A DNA stretch of 64,000 nt, taken from the NCBI GenBank assembly GCA_951406725.2, contig OX597842.1:16306001-16370000 (forward strand), given 5' to 3'. The notes below the pieces were generated by a model. It saw only the letters and a list, made by a program, of their open reading frames with translations, ran no database searches and was not told the origin of the DNA. Position 1 is the first letter of the stretch, and the number at the start of each line of letters is the position of its first letter. Positions 26,880-41,095 of this stretch are shown in pieces. Source of the stretch: Octopus vulgaris. Its lineage: Eukaryota. The translations under genes and the position numbers were made by a program.

Positions 26880-29800
26880 GGTTTTACATCACACACTTCC
26901 ATTAAACATTCTTTGATTACATTATCAGATGAATGACATATATTCACAGAATCTTGTGTAGCTTCACCCCAAAAAACATGAACCTTTTGTTCCTGCCGAG
27001 ATTTCATTTAATATTTTCTTGTCTAAGTAGATAACTTCTTGAGTTATTTCAATAATTTCAGAGTATTGACATCTGTCGTTTCTTTATAGATGCGGTACCT
27101 TGTATAGCATCCAGATGGTTCTTAACGAGAATGTTATATTTGAGCCAACTTGCTCCGAAATATTCCCTCTACTTTAACCTTTTTGTCTCTCATCCTCCAT
27201 AAATATAAAATTGGGTTTACCATTCTGTCTAATATTATCGCTTTATTTCCCACCCATTCGAAAAGAACGAGACAAAAATAATCCCTTGTATATGTATCGG
27301 AATGCTGTTTATTCTGATGTGCTTACTAGAGCAGCCACTCCACTGCCATTTAATGAGTGTGGCAGCCACTCCACTGCCATTCGAGGTGTGGTGTAGCGCC
27401 GTGTAGCACGGGGTTACGCAGTTTTGAGTCATTCAATGTGGATTACTACTTGTAACGATCGCTGTCTTTTCCGTCAATATCGTCTTTCGCCCAGTTACGG
27501 TTTCTGTAGATTGACCAGCGAGTACCACGAGGACGTCCACTGACTCACATTCTGGCAATTAACACCGTCCTTCGTTCCCGGACAAACATGAAGACGAAGG
27601 GTGCTGCAGACAGCTTAATATACCGGAAAATGCAATATCCAACTGAAATCCGCGGTTCCTGCCACCTGCCCAAATCTCAGATCAGGTTCACCGGTAATCA
27701 GCTCTTGTGTGAATGTCCGTGTGTTATTCTTGCCGTCGACACATTTCGGTGCGTTACCATTTTCACCTGACCCCAACAGTAAGAAAACCTCACGGATAAA
27801 CACCAAAGCATGAGATTCTTCTAACAAGGACTGTAAGTGTTCTTTCATCGGGGTTGGCAGCAGGTGACAGAGATGTATGTGAGGTCATTTCGATGGAGAT
27901 CAGCTTCACAGATCCTCATCTGAGGGTGGAGCAGACGTTGGGGACCTACGATTTTGCTCATTTCGCGTTTGTATTGCATTTCTTCCATAGCGGAATCAAT
28001 GCCGTTATGTGCCAAATTCGAAACGTGCAAGAAAGAGGTAGAAGTCTTCGTCGCTTGACTGGCGGAATTCGGGACCTCGGCAATAGACTTGGTGAGCAGA
28101 GCAAAAAAGTAGAAGCTAAATTTTCAGATAAAACTTAAATCGGTGCACTGCGCTACATCGCAATTCTTAGTGTGGGATGCTGTAATAGATCGAAATTGCT
28201 ACCTTTTCTACTAAATACATCACACCAAACTGTAAAGTCAAGTCGTATGCCGACGTCATTTTAGTGTCGAACGTTCCAAACGAACTGTCTTTCATATGAG
28301 TTACGGTTTCATTTTTGTGGAGGATGAAAACATTTACTTCCCTCCGATCTGCGTGACGTCGCTTGATGTAACACAGTGTTGTGCGGTGTAATGGGGAGAC
28401 GCGTAGTATAATCTTCATAGTCATTTTCTTTGTGATGTGAGATCCTAGAGATGACAGTGTGCTTTCTGTTCGCCACTTCAAACTGCAAGTCTAACAGTAT
28501 GCAAGAAATCATTGTCGACTCGATCTCTCCGAAGGAAAAGAAGTTAGCGTGGTTGGCGGTAAACAGTTTCGTTGGATGACCAAGAGGAGAATATCAGTGG
28601 TAGACCGCTGGTCAAGTGGTTTGCATGAAACACAAATACACAACCCGGATCGGTGCCTCCGGGATTAGCCAGGCAGGGTGAAAGATGGCAGTATGTTGGC
28701 GGCGACAGGACGCAGAGATGCAAGCGGTCTCCCCACTCGCCACCAGCCGTTTATTTTCCGGGTTTGGATATAAAAAACAGCTAGAAAGTACATACACAGA
28801 AGGTGTCCGTCGGCAAACTGTTGGACATCGGAGGGTGAGAGAAAGAGAAGGAAAGCTCCCAATGAGAGGTCGATATTTGATGGGCGATTCACTACTTCTC
28901 CCTTCCCATGGTGCAATTACCGAAATCGTCTCCACTTCCTAATAAACGTGGCACATTCGGCCATTAAGCAAAGAAAAATTACCCCGAAGTCGGCTGCACC
29001 CATCAGATGTTACTCTGTCCACTTTCATTTCAGACATGAGTCCGCACATTCAACTCCATTTCCTGCCCCGATTCCAATTTCGATGGGGCTCACCGCTGTT
29101 GCTGGATGTATAGCCCTCTCCCTTGTGTGTCCCTGTGTCATTTCTTCTTTTGATTCGCTTACTGTTATCATTGTCCGATAAACACACTAAGCAGTCTGTC
29201 TCGCGGGCGTCGACAGACATCCACTTCTTCCTACTGAATTCAAACGAAGAAAACGTAAATATTTGCCGTTGTCATCGTCCGATAAATATAATAATCCATC
29301 AGTTTCACTGTTCCTTTTACACACCTGCTTTCATTTTTGGTGCCCGATCCGACCGACGAAACTGCACATCTGTCGAAGCTTATTGTAAGGGAGCAGCTAC
29401 TTTGACGGTGACTGTTCCATATCAATTATGAATATGTGGGGCGCAAATAAATGCGTTGTTCCCCGCTGTCTCCTCGAATCTCCGTCAATTCGCCATTTTT
29501 GTCGAATGAATGGCAGGCAGTCTATTCCTCTTGGTGCCTTCTCCCTTACGCCTTCTCTCTAGCATAAATTCGCTTCCTGAGTTGTCATAGTGAGGCCTAA
29601 ATATACACGCAACTTTCCGTCTCTCATTCTCTTTTCCTCAAGCTGTCCCTCGCTCACATCTATCACATCATCGCGTTCTGTTCCTCTTTCTCACTGCTAC
29701 TTTCTCCTCTCTCTCTCTCGGCTCTTCGACGGATTACTGTCACCGATCACATCAAGTTGTGTGTCCATGTGTCATTCACAACACTCGAACTGTATTCTGC

Positions 29801-30850
29801 TGTGGCTTTGCTTGTTCTGGATTTGAACAGAAAGAGAAGCCACCTGGATTAAGGGCATTTTGATTATAGCTTCATAGCTTTTCAACTACAAGTGGCACAT
29901 TTTAGTCTGGAAGAAGCTGTCGTCCAAATGATTAACTTCCACCTTTATTAGGCGAGTAACGACGGGCCGCGGATTCAAAAGGACACACGGGCTGGTGTGT
30001 CAGCGCTGGCAGGCCTGTTTTCGTGGGGGAACGAGAGGAGAATGACTTTTAGCAGTGGCAGAGGTCGGTCTTCCCACATGTCACCCACCGTCCACATTCC
30101 TCCATCAAGTGAGCAGGCGAATGACTAGCATGGATCAATAATGCACGCGTGCACAGCGATCTGTCGGAGTAGAAATTCGGGTCGGCCGCAGGGAAGTGGC
30201 ATGAGACTTCGTGCGCATCCTCTTCATAATCGAACAAAACCATTCAATATACTACGGTCAACCTGAGACAGCTTAATATGCCCTTGTATATGTATCGGAA
30301 TGCTGTTTATTCTGATGTGCTTCCTAGAGCAGCCGCTCCACTGCCATTTAATGAGACTTTTTTGTTATAAGAAGATGTTCCAACGCTACCAACCCAAACG
30401 GGAAGCCTCACAAATTTGTCTGGTCAGCCGCAGGAGAAGGGTGCTTAACCACGAATTCGGCAGTCGATTCCAGAACGAATCGGCTTGTCTGACGTGGCGT
30501 GAGAAACGTCTGCATTTCTATCTTCCTCCAACTACTAATGTAAGCAAACCCACTGAAAGACTAACTGCGAGACACATGCACACACGAGTGTACAGCTAGC
30601 GATCCATCTCATCAGAGATGAGGTTATGCTATCGGACAAATGTTAGATTGCGTCTTTATAACTCTACCCACACCTCAGAGCCGTCTTCACCCGACCGAAG
30701 AGCGACAATTACTGTAAAAGTAGTTGTCCACCTACAGATCACATGTACCCTAAGCCCCGGCTCCTTGAAAAGTCAACAGCATAAAATGAGTAAGAAGCTG
30801 GTTCTCATTGTTAACAGCGTGTAGATCGGTGACAGAAATATCTGGTCAGT
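26880..30850. mobile_element. Patchwork of highly decayed Tx1/L1-like LINE fragments in both orientations
   Basis: Remnant motifs: ORF1-like KVKVEGI and GSCF; endonuclease-like GSGVAALV and PG.WK.NS; RT-like VDRV and LPMRGR; no intact ORF. Confidence 0.5.
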
Positions 30851-31400
30851 GGTGGAAAATTGAGAAATTTGCACAGGTATCTCTAGGACATTCAACTGTG
30901 GGGAAATGGTACCGGTCTTTGCGATCTACCATGTGTTTCAGCTTTCTTAAATGAACGCTTCAATCTTTTATTTAAATAAGACATTTCAATGTTTTCCCCT
31001 TCTACAGACATATTAGGTTTAAGTTGCCCAAAAATGTCTGGCAAATATAATAATGTGTATAATGAATCTTCAATGTGAAATAAATCTGAATTTTATCCCA
31101 ACGGGAATATTATGGCTTTGAGTTCTTACAATTGATTCAAATATTTTCTATTTGAGAGCCATCAGACTTTTGTTCTCAATAAAAGATTGCTAAAATTGGA
31201 TACCAGTTTATCACAGAAGTAACTATTAAGAGCTAGAATGTTAATGACGTTAATAATTTTAACTGTATCTTGTACCCGTGCGTTCAGCTCTGCAGAAATT
31301 TCATGAGATACAAACACTTCTCGGTGAATCATACCATATATGAAAGAAATAGGATTTCTTTTTCCTTTTACAGTTTTAACTTGAACTCCAGTTTCCCTCC
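30850..31400 (-). mobile_element. hAT (Charlie/Buster) transposase relic
   Basis: ORF 31162-31479 contains MIHREVFVSHEISAELNARVQDTVKIINVINILALNS...LLLRTKV*W, matching CxIHRE...ALNSR...LLLHTEVRW. Confidence 0.8.
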
Positions 31401-31435
31401 CTATCATAGCTATACCATTGTTACATACTCTAATA

Positions 31436-31803
31436 GACGCAGGAGTGGCTGTGTGGTAAGCAGCTTGCTTACGAACCACATAGTTCCGGGTTCAGTCCCA
31501 CTGCGTGGCACCTTTTGAGTGGATTTGAAAGAAGTCCGTCGTATATATGTATGTGTATATATATATATATATCTATATATATATATATATATATATTTGT
31601 GTGTGTGTTTGTTTCTGTGTGTGTGTTTGTCGCCGCAACATCGCTTGACAACCGATGCTGGTGTGTTTATGTCCCCGTAACTTAACGGTTCGGCAAAATA
31701 GACCGATAGAATAAGTACTAGGCTTACAAAGAATACGTCTTGGAGTCGATTTGCTCGACTAAAGTCGGAGCTCCAGCAAATGACTGAAACAATTAAAAGA
31801 GAG
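31436..31803 (+). mobile_element. SINE family A (internally deleted)
   Basis: Family A head and tail present. Confidence 0.88.
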
Positions 31804-33631
31804 AATACGGTTATAAAATCCAAGGCCTGCTTCTCTGAAACACAGTTTCCATCTAACAATCAACAATATAAATATTTCTGGACCCTATTCTATGTTACTA
31901 TAGTTTGTAACTTTTGTCATTTCATTTAATTGAATTGCATGTTGAGAGACTTTTTAAAATCTTCCAATAATTTGCTCTAATTAATCATCATTAATTTCTG
32001 AAACCAAATTACCAACGACAGACAAACTTTCTTTTATTCATCCGCATATTTTTTTCCATGAATAATTTCTCTTGTTTTAATTGCTGCAGGTGATACAGAT
32101 CCTCCACTGATGCGATATGCTGTCTGGTTTATATCTTCCGATTAAAGAAGTAACTTCAAAAGCTATCCTTAGGTATTTCACGCTGTCTATAGTGTGAATA
32201 ACTTTCTCATGAGGTTGCTCCTGCGTACTGAAAGATTCCAATATTCTTTCTCAACAATTCTATAGGCATACAGTTATAAAACGAATGTCTTGAAGTAAAA
32301 GTGTTTTAATTTTTGTAGGCTTCATACGTAAAGACATCAAAGAATCATTTCAAATTAAACAAAAAGGTATTCTTTCAATATTTTACAAAGAAAAACCATA
32401 ATATTTCCTTCTTTTCATGTGAAACTGTTGGACTCAGAGGATTAATTAATTGATCTTAATTGATTAATTAATTGATTAATTAATTTATCTTAATTATTTT
32501 ATTTGGTTTTAGTCTTTTATAGATTTGACCACATATATATGGGCAACATATTTTGTCTTAGATGCTATGAAAATTCTCTTGACAATCTCTGAGTAGAACA
32601 TGATGAAGATTTCACTCAGTAAAGAACTGATTTGGGGTTATCACATATTTTAACTTTAGAGAGTCAGTAATGCAATTATATTTTCTCAGTATTTCAAAAC
32701 CAGCAGTTTTGTAAATATGTTTATTGCTACAGATGAAATTCAAAACCAAATGCTGTCCTATTAGTTTATATAAAACCGTAACTTTTTATTCCATACAACT
32801 TTCAGGAAGAACAATCATTTTTATTATAATTTTAACGTGTTTTTGCACCACATGTGTGAATATTAATTCATTCCCAGTTTTCGGAGCTTGAATATTTTGA
32901 TACCAAATAATTTGTTTTAATGCTAATGATTTCTAAATGTAATTAATTATCAATTTCTGAAATAAATTTGATGTAATTCAAATATTTTTGTATTTAATTT
33001 CAGAACAACCAGGTTTGTTCACTCTTATCACAAAAGAAGCCAGTAACAAATGGATATTTCTTGCGAGTCTTCCTACCTAGTCCCAGTAATGTTTGCAAGG
33101 TGGAGCTTTCGGCAACATCCCACAATTTTGATAGCCATAGGAGGTCCTCATTTACAACTTCATCAGAGTTTGTGACGCAAAAATCTTGAAATTAATTGCA
33201 AATTAAAATGCGATAAATGTCGAGGAGTATGAAGTTAAAAACTGTAGAGCAAAATAGAACTTTTCCATTAACGGAAGTTATTTGGAAAGTGAGAGTGTCC
33301 GTCATTTTCTCAGTTACATGGAATGAAAATCACAAATGCTGTGTCGTTATTTTATTACGACACGATCTTTCAGCACGGATATGATATTTTTAATGTTTTG
33401 ATTTATTTTCATATGTACAAACGTAGTGCTTTATTGTTTACCGAAAAAACTGCAATAGCTATTAAATAACAATGATCCTAAAGATAGAATATAAAAATAA
33501 AGAATATGCAACCACTCTCAAATCGCCTAAATCTGTCTTCAATCACTACAGGACGAACTGAGATCCCCTTAGGCACATCAAATATTACATAGAAACACGA
33601 TCTCTATGTGATATATAAAGAGAAAAGAGGC

Positions 33632-33693
<62 letters not shown>

Positions 33694-34048
33694 CAGGATA
33701 TTAAAACTGTTTATATAAGAAATGAAATGTTTAGTGGTGTGCTTGGACTTACAACAACAGCAACGAATGAATGTTTCAAAGTTTATCTTTATTTCAAAGG
33801 TTAATCTATCAGAACAAGGGAGCCAAACGACTAAATGAGTCTATGTGGAAGAGATATGCTACATTCAGTCGGTAAATCCTCCTCAATTCACACAATATGT
33901 CCCTTCAAGAGGGACACATTGAACGATAGGTTTCTGTGTTATTTACACTTAGGAAAAGACAGGATGGTCTTAGTTGGAGGAATTTAGTCATATGTCTCTG
34001 TTTACTTATGTTAGATGTGGGACAAGACAGCAACATTTACACAAAAAA

Positions 34049-34251
34049 TCACTTTATGTCTAATAGACACAGAAGTGCAGTTAAAAATTGGGCTTTTTGA
34101 AGAGATTCTTTCAGTGTTTCAAATTTATTTGTGTCTGGATCACAACTTGTAACCCATCGGCACAGCATCTGGTAGCTTTGTTCTACAGTGTTCAAGGGAT
34201 AATCACACTCAATAATTTCCAGCTTAATAGAAGAAATCCCCAATAAAATCC
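34049..34251 (-). CDS. Terminal exon, death domain C-terminal part
   Basis: ttttgcag acceptor, phase 1; (G)ILLGISSIKLEIIECDYPLNTVEQSYQMLCRWVTSCDPDTNKFETLKESLQKAQFLTALLCLLDIK* fits the DD pattern LG..I..DYP...EQSYQML..W. Confidence 0.85.
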
Positions 34252-34796
34252 CTGCAAAAGATACAACAGTAAGAAATAACTGCAACAATAACAAAGATAT
34301 AGACGATGTGCACTGTAGGTTATTATAAAAAATAACGAAACCATATCAATAGAAAAACTGTTTAAATATACTTAAGAGACATGAAAACTTTAAGTTTTAT
34401 ATCGTTTGGATTTATGATGTAGAGAAGCGGAGGTGCAGTAATGTATTTCAACAACTATCTGAGACACCGAACGCCCTCTGTCGTCTTAATGATAGCGGTA
34501 CTCTTAATAAGAGTTCAACGAATCTATCTTTTAATCAGACAGGATTGGTAATGTTTATCAGCACAACAATAAGACAATGGCTTCGACTTCTTAGGATGAT
34601 GACAAAAATAAAGAGTTGAAACCAAGGATAAATATGGAGAAGAGATTTAAAAAAAAAACAATTGAAGATTAAATTTGAGAATAATTATGGTAAATAGATA
34701 ACAGAAATGTTTGTGTAGGCAATAGCATTTCAGAGCCTAAATAATCAAGGTAGACCACAAACAGTCACATCCGTTTATCCATCTATCTAGACAGCA

Positions 34797-34985
34797 AGCA
34801 TGCCGGACAAAATAACGCTAAGCATTTTGTCCAGCCTTACGTTCTGAGTTAAAATTCCGCCAGGGTTGACTCCACTTTTCATATTTCGAGATCAATAAAA
34901 TCAATACCAGTTGAGCACTGAGATTGATGTAATTGATTTACCCCTCCCCAGATATTGCTGGCCTCGTGCCAAAATTTGAAACCAA
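34797..34985 (+). mobile_element. Degraded SINE family B with alternative tail
   Basis: TTACGTTCTGAGTTAAAATTCCGCC...GCTGGCCTCGTGCCAAAATTTGAAACC. Confidence 0.65.
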
Positions 34986-35439
34986 TATTCCGAGAAAGTC
35001 ATCTTTCTTGCAGGGTCCTATGAGAAATAGCTATCTTTTCCCTTTCCTGTTGGATTCCCAAGTGCGACCGAGTAAGAATTTGGATATTATCCAACCATCT
35101 CATTCTTGGTCTACCCCTGGGTCTTCTCCCAGTTGGCTCCACTTCAAGAACCCATCTTGCAATTCTCATCACATGTGCATGTTAGCAGAGTTGTGACCAC
35201 TCAATGCATACAAGTAGCAACTTGACATGGTCAATGCCTACAATAGCCATGCGTGATGGCTCTCCTTCCTTCCATTATTAATATAACACAGTTAGGTACA
35301 CATTGCATATTATAGAAGACACTAGCTTAATCTCTCTGGATGCATGGTACATAATAATCTCTTCCACTGGATGAAGGCCTCCATTGAGCGAGAAGTCGAT
35401 AATGAAGTAAACCTGAAAATTAGAAATGTTTTAGTTAGC

Positions 35440-36350
35440 AGGAAAGAAGATATGACTCGCCAACAGTTACACCATTCATCTACGTACAATTAAACGTTTC
35501 ATGCGAGTGAAGTGTGGTCAAGTAGAAGGACACTGGACAGTTGAGAGGCTACAACATGACACTCAAAATACACAAAATACATGCAAATATCACCCAACAG
35601 GAAATGAACAGTGTGAAGTTGGACAGCTGTAGAACATTCTTGCCATTGCAAAACTCCAAATATGACACTTGAATTCCCAAATGCATTTTACTCCATCTGC
35701 TTCCATTTTGTGCATCTTTTAAAGCAATTCCGCACCAGAAATGGTCTATTTCTCCAGACAAACTCTAAATGAGACATCAGTTCCAATTTGGTTGAGTAAC
35801 CGAGGTTCTGTCTTTTTGTAATTCTGTGTACAGTACAAATATGATCCTTTGGTGGATGCGATTGAACTAATTGAATTAATTGAATCCACTCCTCACCAGT
35901 ATGAGCAGGTCTGAGTGAAAAGGTCGTGTAAGTAATGTCTCTCTGTGCAATCAATCACGTTGCAAAGTTCCTAAGAGGACACTGAAAATCGAATGATCAG
36001 TGATAGTTCAACAATCGATAATTCCGAGTCAAATTCAATCCCATTCCTTCTCCAAATATTTCTTCTGACCAATCCAGATTCGATCAATTCTACAGAGCCT
36101 ATTCAGTTACTATTGTCAGTCTCAATGAGAGATGCCACCTCCAGTTCGGCTTGACTTGTGAATGTTCATTTTCTGGTAAATTCCCTTAAAGGAATTCTCT
36201 GTTTTCGCCTGAGGAGAATGATACGATTTCGCTGTGTCACCTTTATTAAATCTCTTTTTATTGAAGCATTTACAGACATATGTCATGTGGTAAAGTCATT
36301 GCAAAATGGCAAAATAAATTGGAATTATCAGCTTCCAACACAATAACCCA
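35440..36350 (-). mobile_element. Decayed HERO/R2-like (restriction-like endonuclease) LINE fragments
   Basis: DITYTTFSLRP resembles the TSLRPD endonuclease motif, preceded by a CPL..GTLQ zinc-knuckle remnant. Confidence 0.45.
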
Positions 36351-36731
36351 ATAAATAATGGCTGCAAGAAGAACCAAACTCAAATTCTTCTGTTTGAATA
36401 AAGATTCTTTGTTTTAGATGTTAACTTTGGTACTTGTCCTTCATTACAATAACCTAACAGTGGACCTAAAGAAAATGTAAAACAAATTCACTCACCTGTT
36501 TACCCTTAAACAACATTTCTATTTTCTAGTTTATCCATTATTACCAACCAAGTTAATCTCAGTGGATATTTTATGAATTTACAGTAATATCGATATAATT
36601 AATGGAATTATTATAACCTATCAATTGGAAATTAGAAATGGAATCTGATCTCAGTCATTTTAACAAATAAAATAGCCCAAGGGAAAGTAATATTTATAGA
36701 AGCTAATTAGGTATTTTTATTCTATACTCAC

Positions 36732-36803
36732 CAATGTGCCGCCAATGTTTTCCTAACTTCTGAGCCACAGTCAGAAGATCTTTCTCCTCCAGCTTTGGAC
36801 CCT
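36732..36803 (-). CDS. 72-nt internal exon, death domain N-terminal helices
   Basis: atttattccag acceptor, GTGAGT donor, phase 1-1; (E)GPKLEEKDLLTVAQKLGKHWRHI(G) joins in frame to 34251. Confidence 0.88.
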
Positions 36804-36929
36804 CTGGAATAAATATTTCCAAGGTTAATAATTTCTAGTAATTCTTTTTAACTTTTTATAAAATTTATCGATGATTTATTATTGTGAGACATTGTTATCA
36901 TCAATGGTCGACTGGTGACCAATATCGCG

Positions 36930-37600
36930 AGGTCACTATTTTGATATCTTCTACAATTGTCCCATACTATCTTGTATGCTTCTGTCTTGTATGCATACCA
37001 GATTAAAAGTGCTCGTTCCACATACCCACGAGTCCCGGATATGCCAGCCCTCTGGAGCCTTTCAATTCCATAACCGTTATTCTGTAGATATATAACCGAT
37101 CTCTTAGAAAGTAAAATCATGTAAATTTTGCCATCTACATTCAAGGCTGAAGTTGGTCTGAACTGATCGATCGGTTCTGAATCAGCGTACTTTGGTAAGT
37201 AAACCTTTTCTACCTTGCACCAGTCATCAACCAGTCCATCTTTATGTCATAACTCTCAAAGTAATACCCATAACATAATTGTGTACGGTAAGTGTACACT
37301 TTGTACAGGGGTACTCTTTGCTCTTGTTTTTTTCACTCAGCTGTATCATCGTTTCTTGCTGAAATCACCAAGCTGTAATATTTGATTCCTAGTTTCGTTG
37401 TTCATTTCAAACCCTCCATGAATGGGAATCGTTGATCTCGTTTTGGGTCATTGTAAGTTTCCTCTATATTCCTGTCCAGTTCATCTTTACTGCATTTTAG
37501 CATGCTGCTCTTAGCATTTGCATACAGCTTCCCAGTAACTTCATAAGTGTTCTTAAGGAGCTTCTCTTTAATTTGTTTATTTCTTTTCTTCGTTCAACGC
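36930..37600 (-). mobile_element. Decayed HERO-like LINE RT fragment
   Basis: ILLSKRSVIYLQNNGY...LQRAGISGTRGYVERALLIW...IVWD resembles QKAGIPGFxGCLEH...IW...VVWLD. Confidence 0.6.
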
Positions 37601-39117
37601 ATCTGCTATTCGCATCAGTGAGAGGGGAACGTTTAATTTTGTTGAGGACATGACAATATTTCTAATAGGAAATGACTTGGACATGGGCCAGCCATCCAGT
37701 GGATGAGAGCAAGGAAACAAGATGATAACAGACTAGGATGGTACTGACCAAATTACTGGCACAAAGTTTAATAATGCGCATTGGTGCCTCTTCGAAATTT
37801 ATATTCAATGTCGCCAAATTACGGAGCAAAACTGAATGCAAAATGATTACCATACATTTCTGTATTGATGGGTGTCAATATTTTGGATTCAGAGGACTAT
37901 TGCGCATACACACCAAAACAGTGCGGGTGAATGTCACTAGGGGGTATGAAATTCATTACAAATAATGAAGGTGTGTATGCATGGATCTATTAGAGGGCAC
38001 CATATGCGCACCAGGGGACTTGATCCAATTATTTTCCATATTATTTGGAAAGTGAATGAACTACCGAGGAGGAGATGAGAAAATAAATTGAATGTTTGAA
38101 CGAATAAAGTTTGGATAAATGCATTCCTGGAGTCCAAGTTACATTCCCTTGTTTAATTGTTCACATGGTGAAGTGTAGGAATCGAAAATTGTCAACAATG
38201 ATATTTTTTCACCCTGAGCCATTTTCAGGAGCCTCTAAATGTTATATTATGCCTTGAGCATTATCAGTATGCTTACCATGGACAGATCAATCCTCAAAGC
38301 GAAAAAACGCACCACATGTTTTCTTTTATTTCATCATGGTCCAATGGGGATCCCTTGAATATTGATATTTTAAAACCTTTCTGCCCATGAAAATGTTCTT
38401 ATTTGAAAGTCCATTAACGTTAATATGGAGGAAGATAATAGAGGAATTCTGATAGCAGATTCTGGCTGATCTGATTGCAGATTACACGCTGTAGCCAATT
38501 TCAGACAAATATGAATAGTGTTAAAAGCGTTCAGCACCAAAATCGTATAAATTGACATTCGTGCTCCACGAGGGGTGTGATCCCCAATGTTTTGTAGGGC
38601 ATATCATTGAAACCCTTAGTGGTTGAACACTAAAATTATACATGTGTTCCTTATAAATATAGAGGTGTTATCAAAACCCATCTGAGCCAAATCTGAGTTG
38701 GTCAAGTGAAAAGTCTCTTCCTTTCAAATTTTGTTTGAATTCATACGGAATACTCCTAATGTAAAAATATTGGCTGCGAGAAATGGAAACAATATATTTA
38801 TTGACAATTGTGTCTACAAGATGGTTCTACTTGAAAGCAAAATATGTTTTTAAGCAAGCTTTACAAAATGGAATTACACATTTCATTTTTGGAAGAATTT
38901 CACATGATTTTAATTTTGGCTATACAGCAGAGGAAGTGTCTAGGAAGATGATGGGACAACAACAACATCAACAAATGAAATTTCAAAGTGTATTTTTATT
39001 TCCGCAGTTAATCTCTAACAACAAGGGAGACAAACTGAGAAAGGGATTTCCATGTAGTAGAGAGACCTGCTAGAATTAGTAGCCGAAACCTACTCAGTTC
39101 ACAACTTATCACCTTAA

Positions 39118-39706
39118 AGAAGGGCTTTAGTTGCCAGCAGAGGCGGCATCTCTCTGAATTTTGCCCAGCTATTCTTACTCCAGTCGCTACACGCTCAGAG
39201 CAACCATCCCCACTACAGACTTGGTAGCAGAAGCTATTAACTATTAGTTTCTTCCCCTGACAAGTGATGGAATCTGTTTTCTGTACATCTACAGTGTTTA
39301 TTGCCCCAGAGCATCTGCCACTTACGAAATATATTTTCCTGGTTAGCCTTCCTTTGATATTGCTGCACCTTTTACGCGTCCATAGCTTACACCGGGTACA
39401 TCGCGTGGAGTTTCTACCCTCTCCATTTCTACAGATAGAGCAGGGCCATCTACCTGAAAGGGGTTGTGATTTTACAACCTTCCTACTTACCACGACTTTG
39501 TTAGGTTAACTCTAAAGCCCTTCGATTCTAGACCTTGCTTCCACACCCTAAACTTTGTCTCCAGTTCTGGCAGTGACTCAACTATTAGACCAAGGTCATC
39601 AGCATAGAGGAGCTCTCAGGGGCAGCCTGTCTTGGAATTTCCCTGTTATTGCCTAGAGGACTATAATGAATAAGAGTGGGCTGAGGACTGATCCTTGGTG
39701 AACCCT
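39118..39706 (-). mobile_element. RTE-clade LINE fragment (RT + Cys-rich PHD-like insert)
   Basis: VHQGSVLSPLLFIIVL...LLYADDLGL and GRWPCSICRNGEGRNSTRCTRCKLWTRKRCSNIKG. Confidence 0.88.
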
Positions 39707-39984
39707 GATGTGTATTTTAAAGTGGAATGTTTCATTAAGTGTAGAGGATGTATGAAAACTGTTAAGAAATGAAGTGAGCATACTTCAGAAGAAGTGTAAT
39801 ATTAATGTGCTGAAGCCCCGGAGCAGAGTTTAGAAGATTTAGTGCACAAGAGAGGAGATGTAGAGATATGGGAGGAGTATGGAAGATAAAAGTTAGATAA
39901 AGAAGCGCCAGGAGATCCAAGTAGAAGAGAACAAGACGTTAAACCTGACAAAGGACGACAACAGCTGTGGGAGTAGTCTAATAT

Positions 39985-41095
39985 GAATGCAACAATCAAG
40001 TCAGAACTATAAACATAGGGAGAAACACTCGGGAAACTGTGCCTCTTTTAGCGTTAATATCATCTAAAATCTGACAAGTGTGAGAAAAAGAATGATTTTA
40101 TGGATGGTAAATGTTGTTCAAACAATGTAATAAGTGTATATTATATATAGTTACAAACAAGGATTTGTGAGATCAAGTCACACAGGGAACTCATGTTTTA
40201 TTCCTATCTTTATATTTTATGTCAACACCAATGTTTTTTTAAAATGTAAACAGATGTTCACGGTTCAATATTTAATTTAACATTTAGTAAAATTAAAATT
40301 AAGTTCATGATGAATATTCTTATACAGAGTTAAAATTTAATTATAATTTTCTAATTTGCAACTACAAAATGTATTCTAACCAGAGACATTCAGGGTACAC
40401 AACCCCCGAAAATAAAACATATTACGAGAGATATCTGGCTACATAACAACATCAAGAATAACCTATCAGAAAACTTACGAAAAATCTTAGTAGAAAAACA
40501 AACAACTATCTTATTAACTCACGAGTTTACACCTAAAAAATACATTATAGTTTCCTCTTCCAGAAGACAATATTAACTCTATTGTGGGTTTTAATTTATC
40601 CATTTTACCAAACATGTTAACCATGACTTTATGAAATTTCGGTAATATTTTTAATACAATTACTTTAGAGCTAACCTTTCAAATGGAAATTAGATATGGG
40701 ATTTGTTCTCCACCATTCTAATACACAAAATAGCTGAGGTGAATGTAAAATCTATAGAAATTAATTAAGTTCTCTAATTTTAAACTTATCAACTGTCTCT
40801 GCCACAGTCTGCACTCCCTTCTCTTCAAACTTTGGACTCTCTGAAATATGTGTCTCCAAGTTTTATATTTATTTATAGCACAAGTTCTTTATATTTATTA
40901 ATAATCTATATTTTATTAATGAGAAACATTCATACCATCAATGGCCAACCAGCGATCATAATTGTTTTGGTCAATATTTTTATACTTTCAACAGTGGACC
41001 CATGTAATAGCCAATATTTAGCTCCAAAACGAACTCTAGTTGATCTTTGTAAATTTCCCCTCTCTGTTAAGATATCCTACATAATCTAACAATGC
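39985..41095 (-). repeat. Intronic segment duplicated in inverted orientation at about 60995-62436
   Basis: 40020-40270 is nearly identical to the reverse complement of 62160-62410; weaker blocks 40440-40620 vs 61840-62060 and 40925-41095 vs 60995-61190. Confidence 0.9.

Noticed and set aside
37700-38700. Possible decayed DNA-transposon coding region
   Set aside because: Only a frameshifted DPMH-like hint; cannot be assigned without a search
39264-39493. Cys-rich ORF as a host zinc-finger gene
   Set aside because: It is contiguous with RTE RT motifs and is part of the LINE ORF
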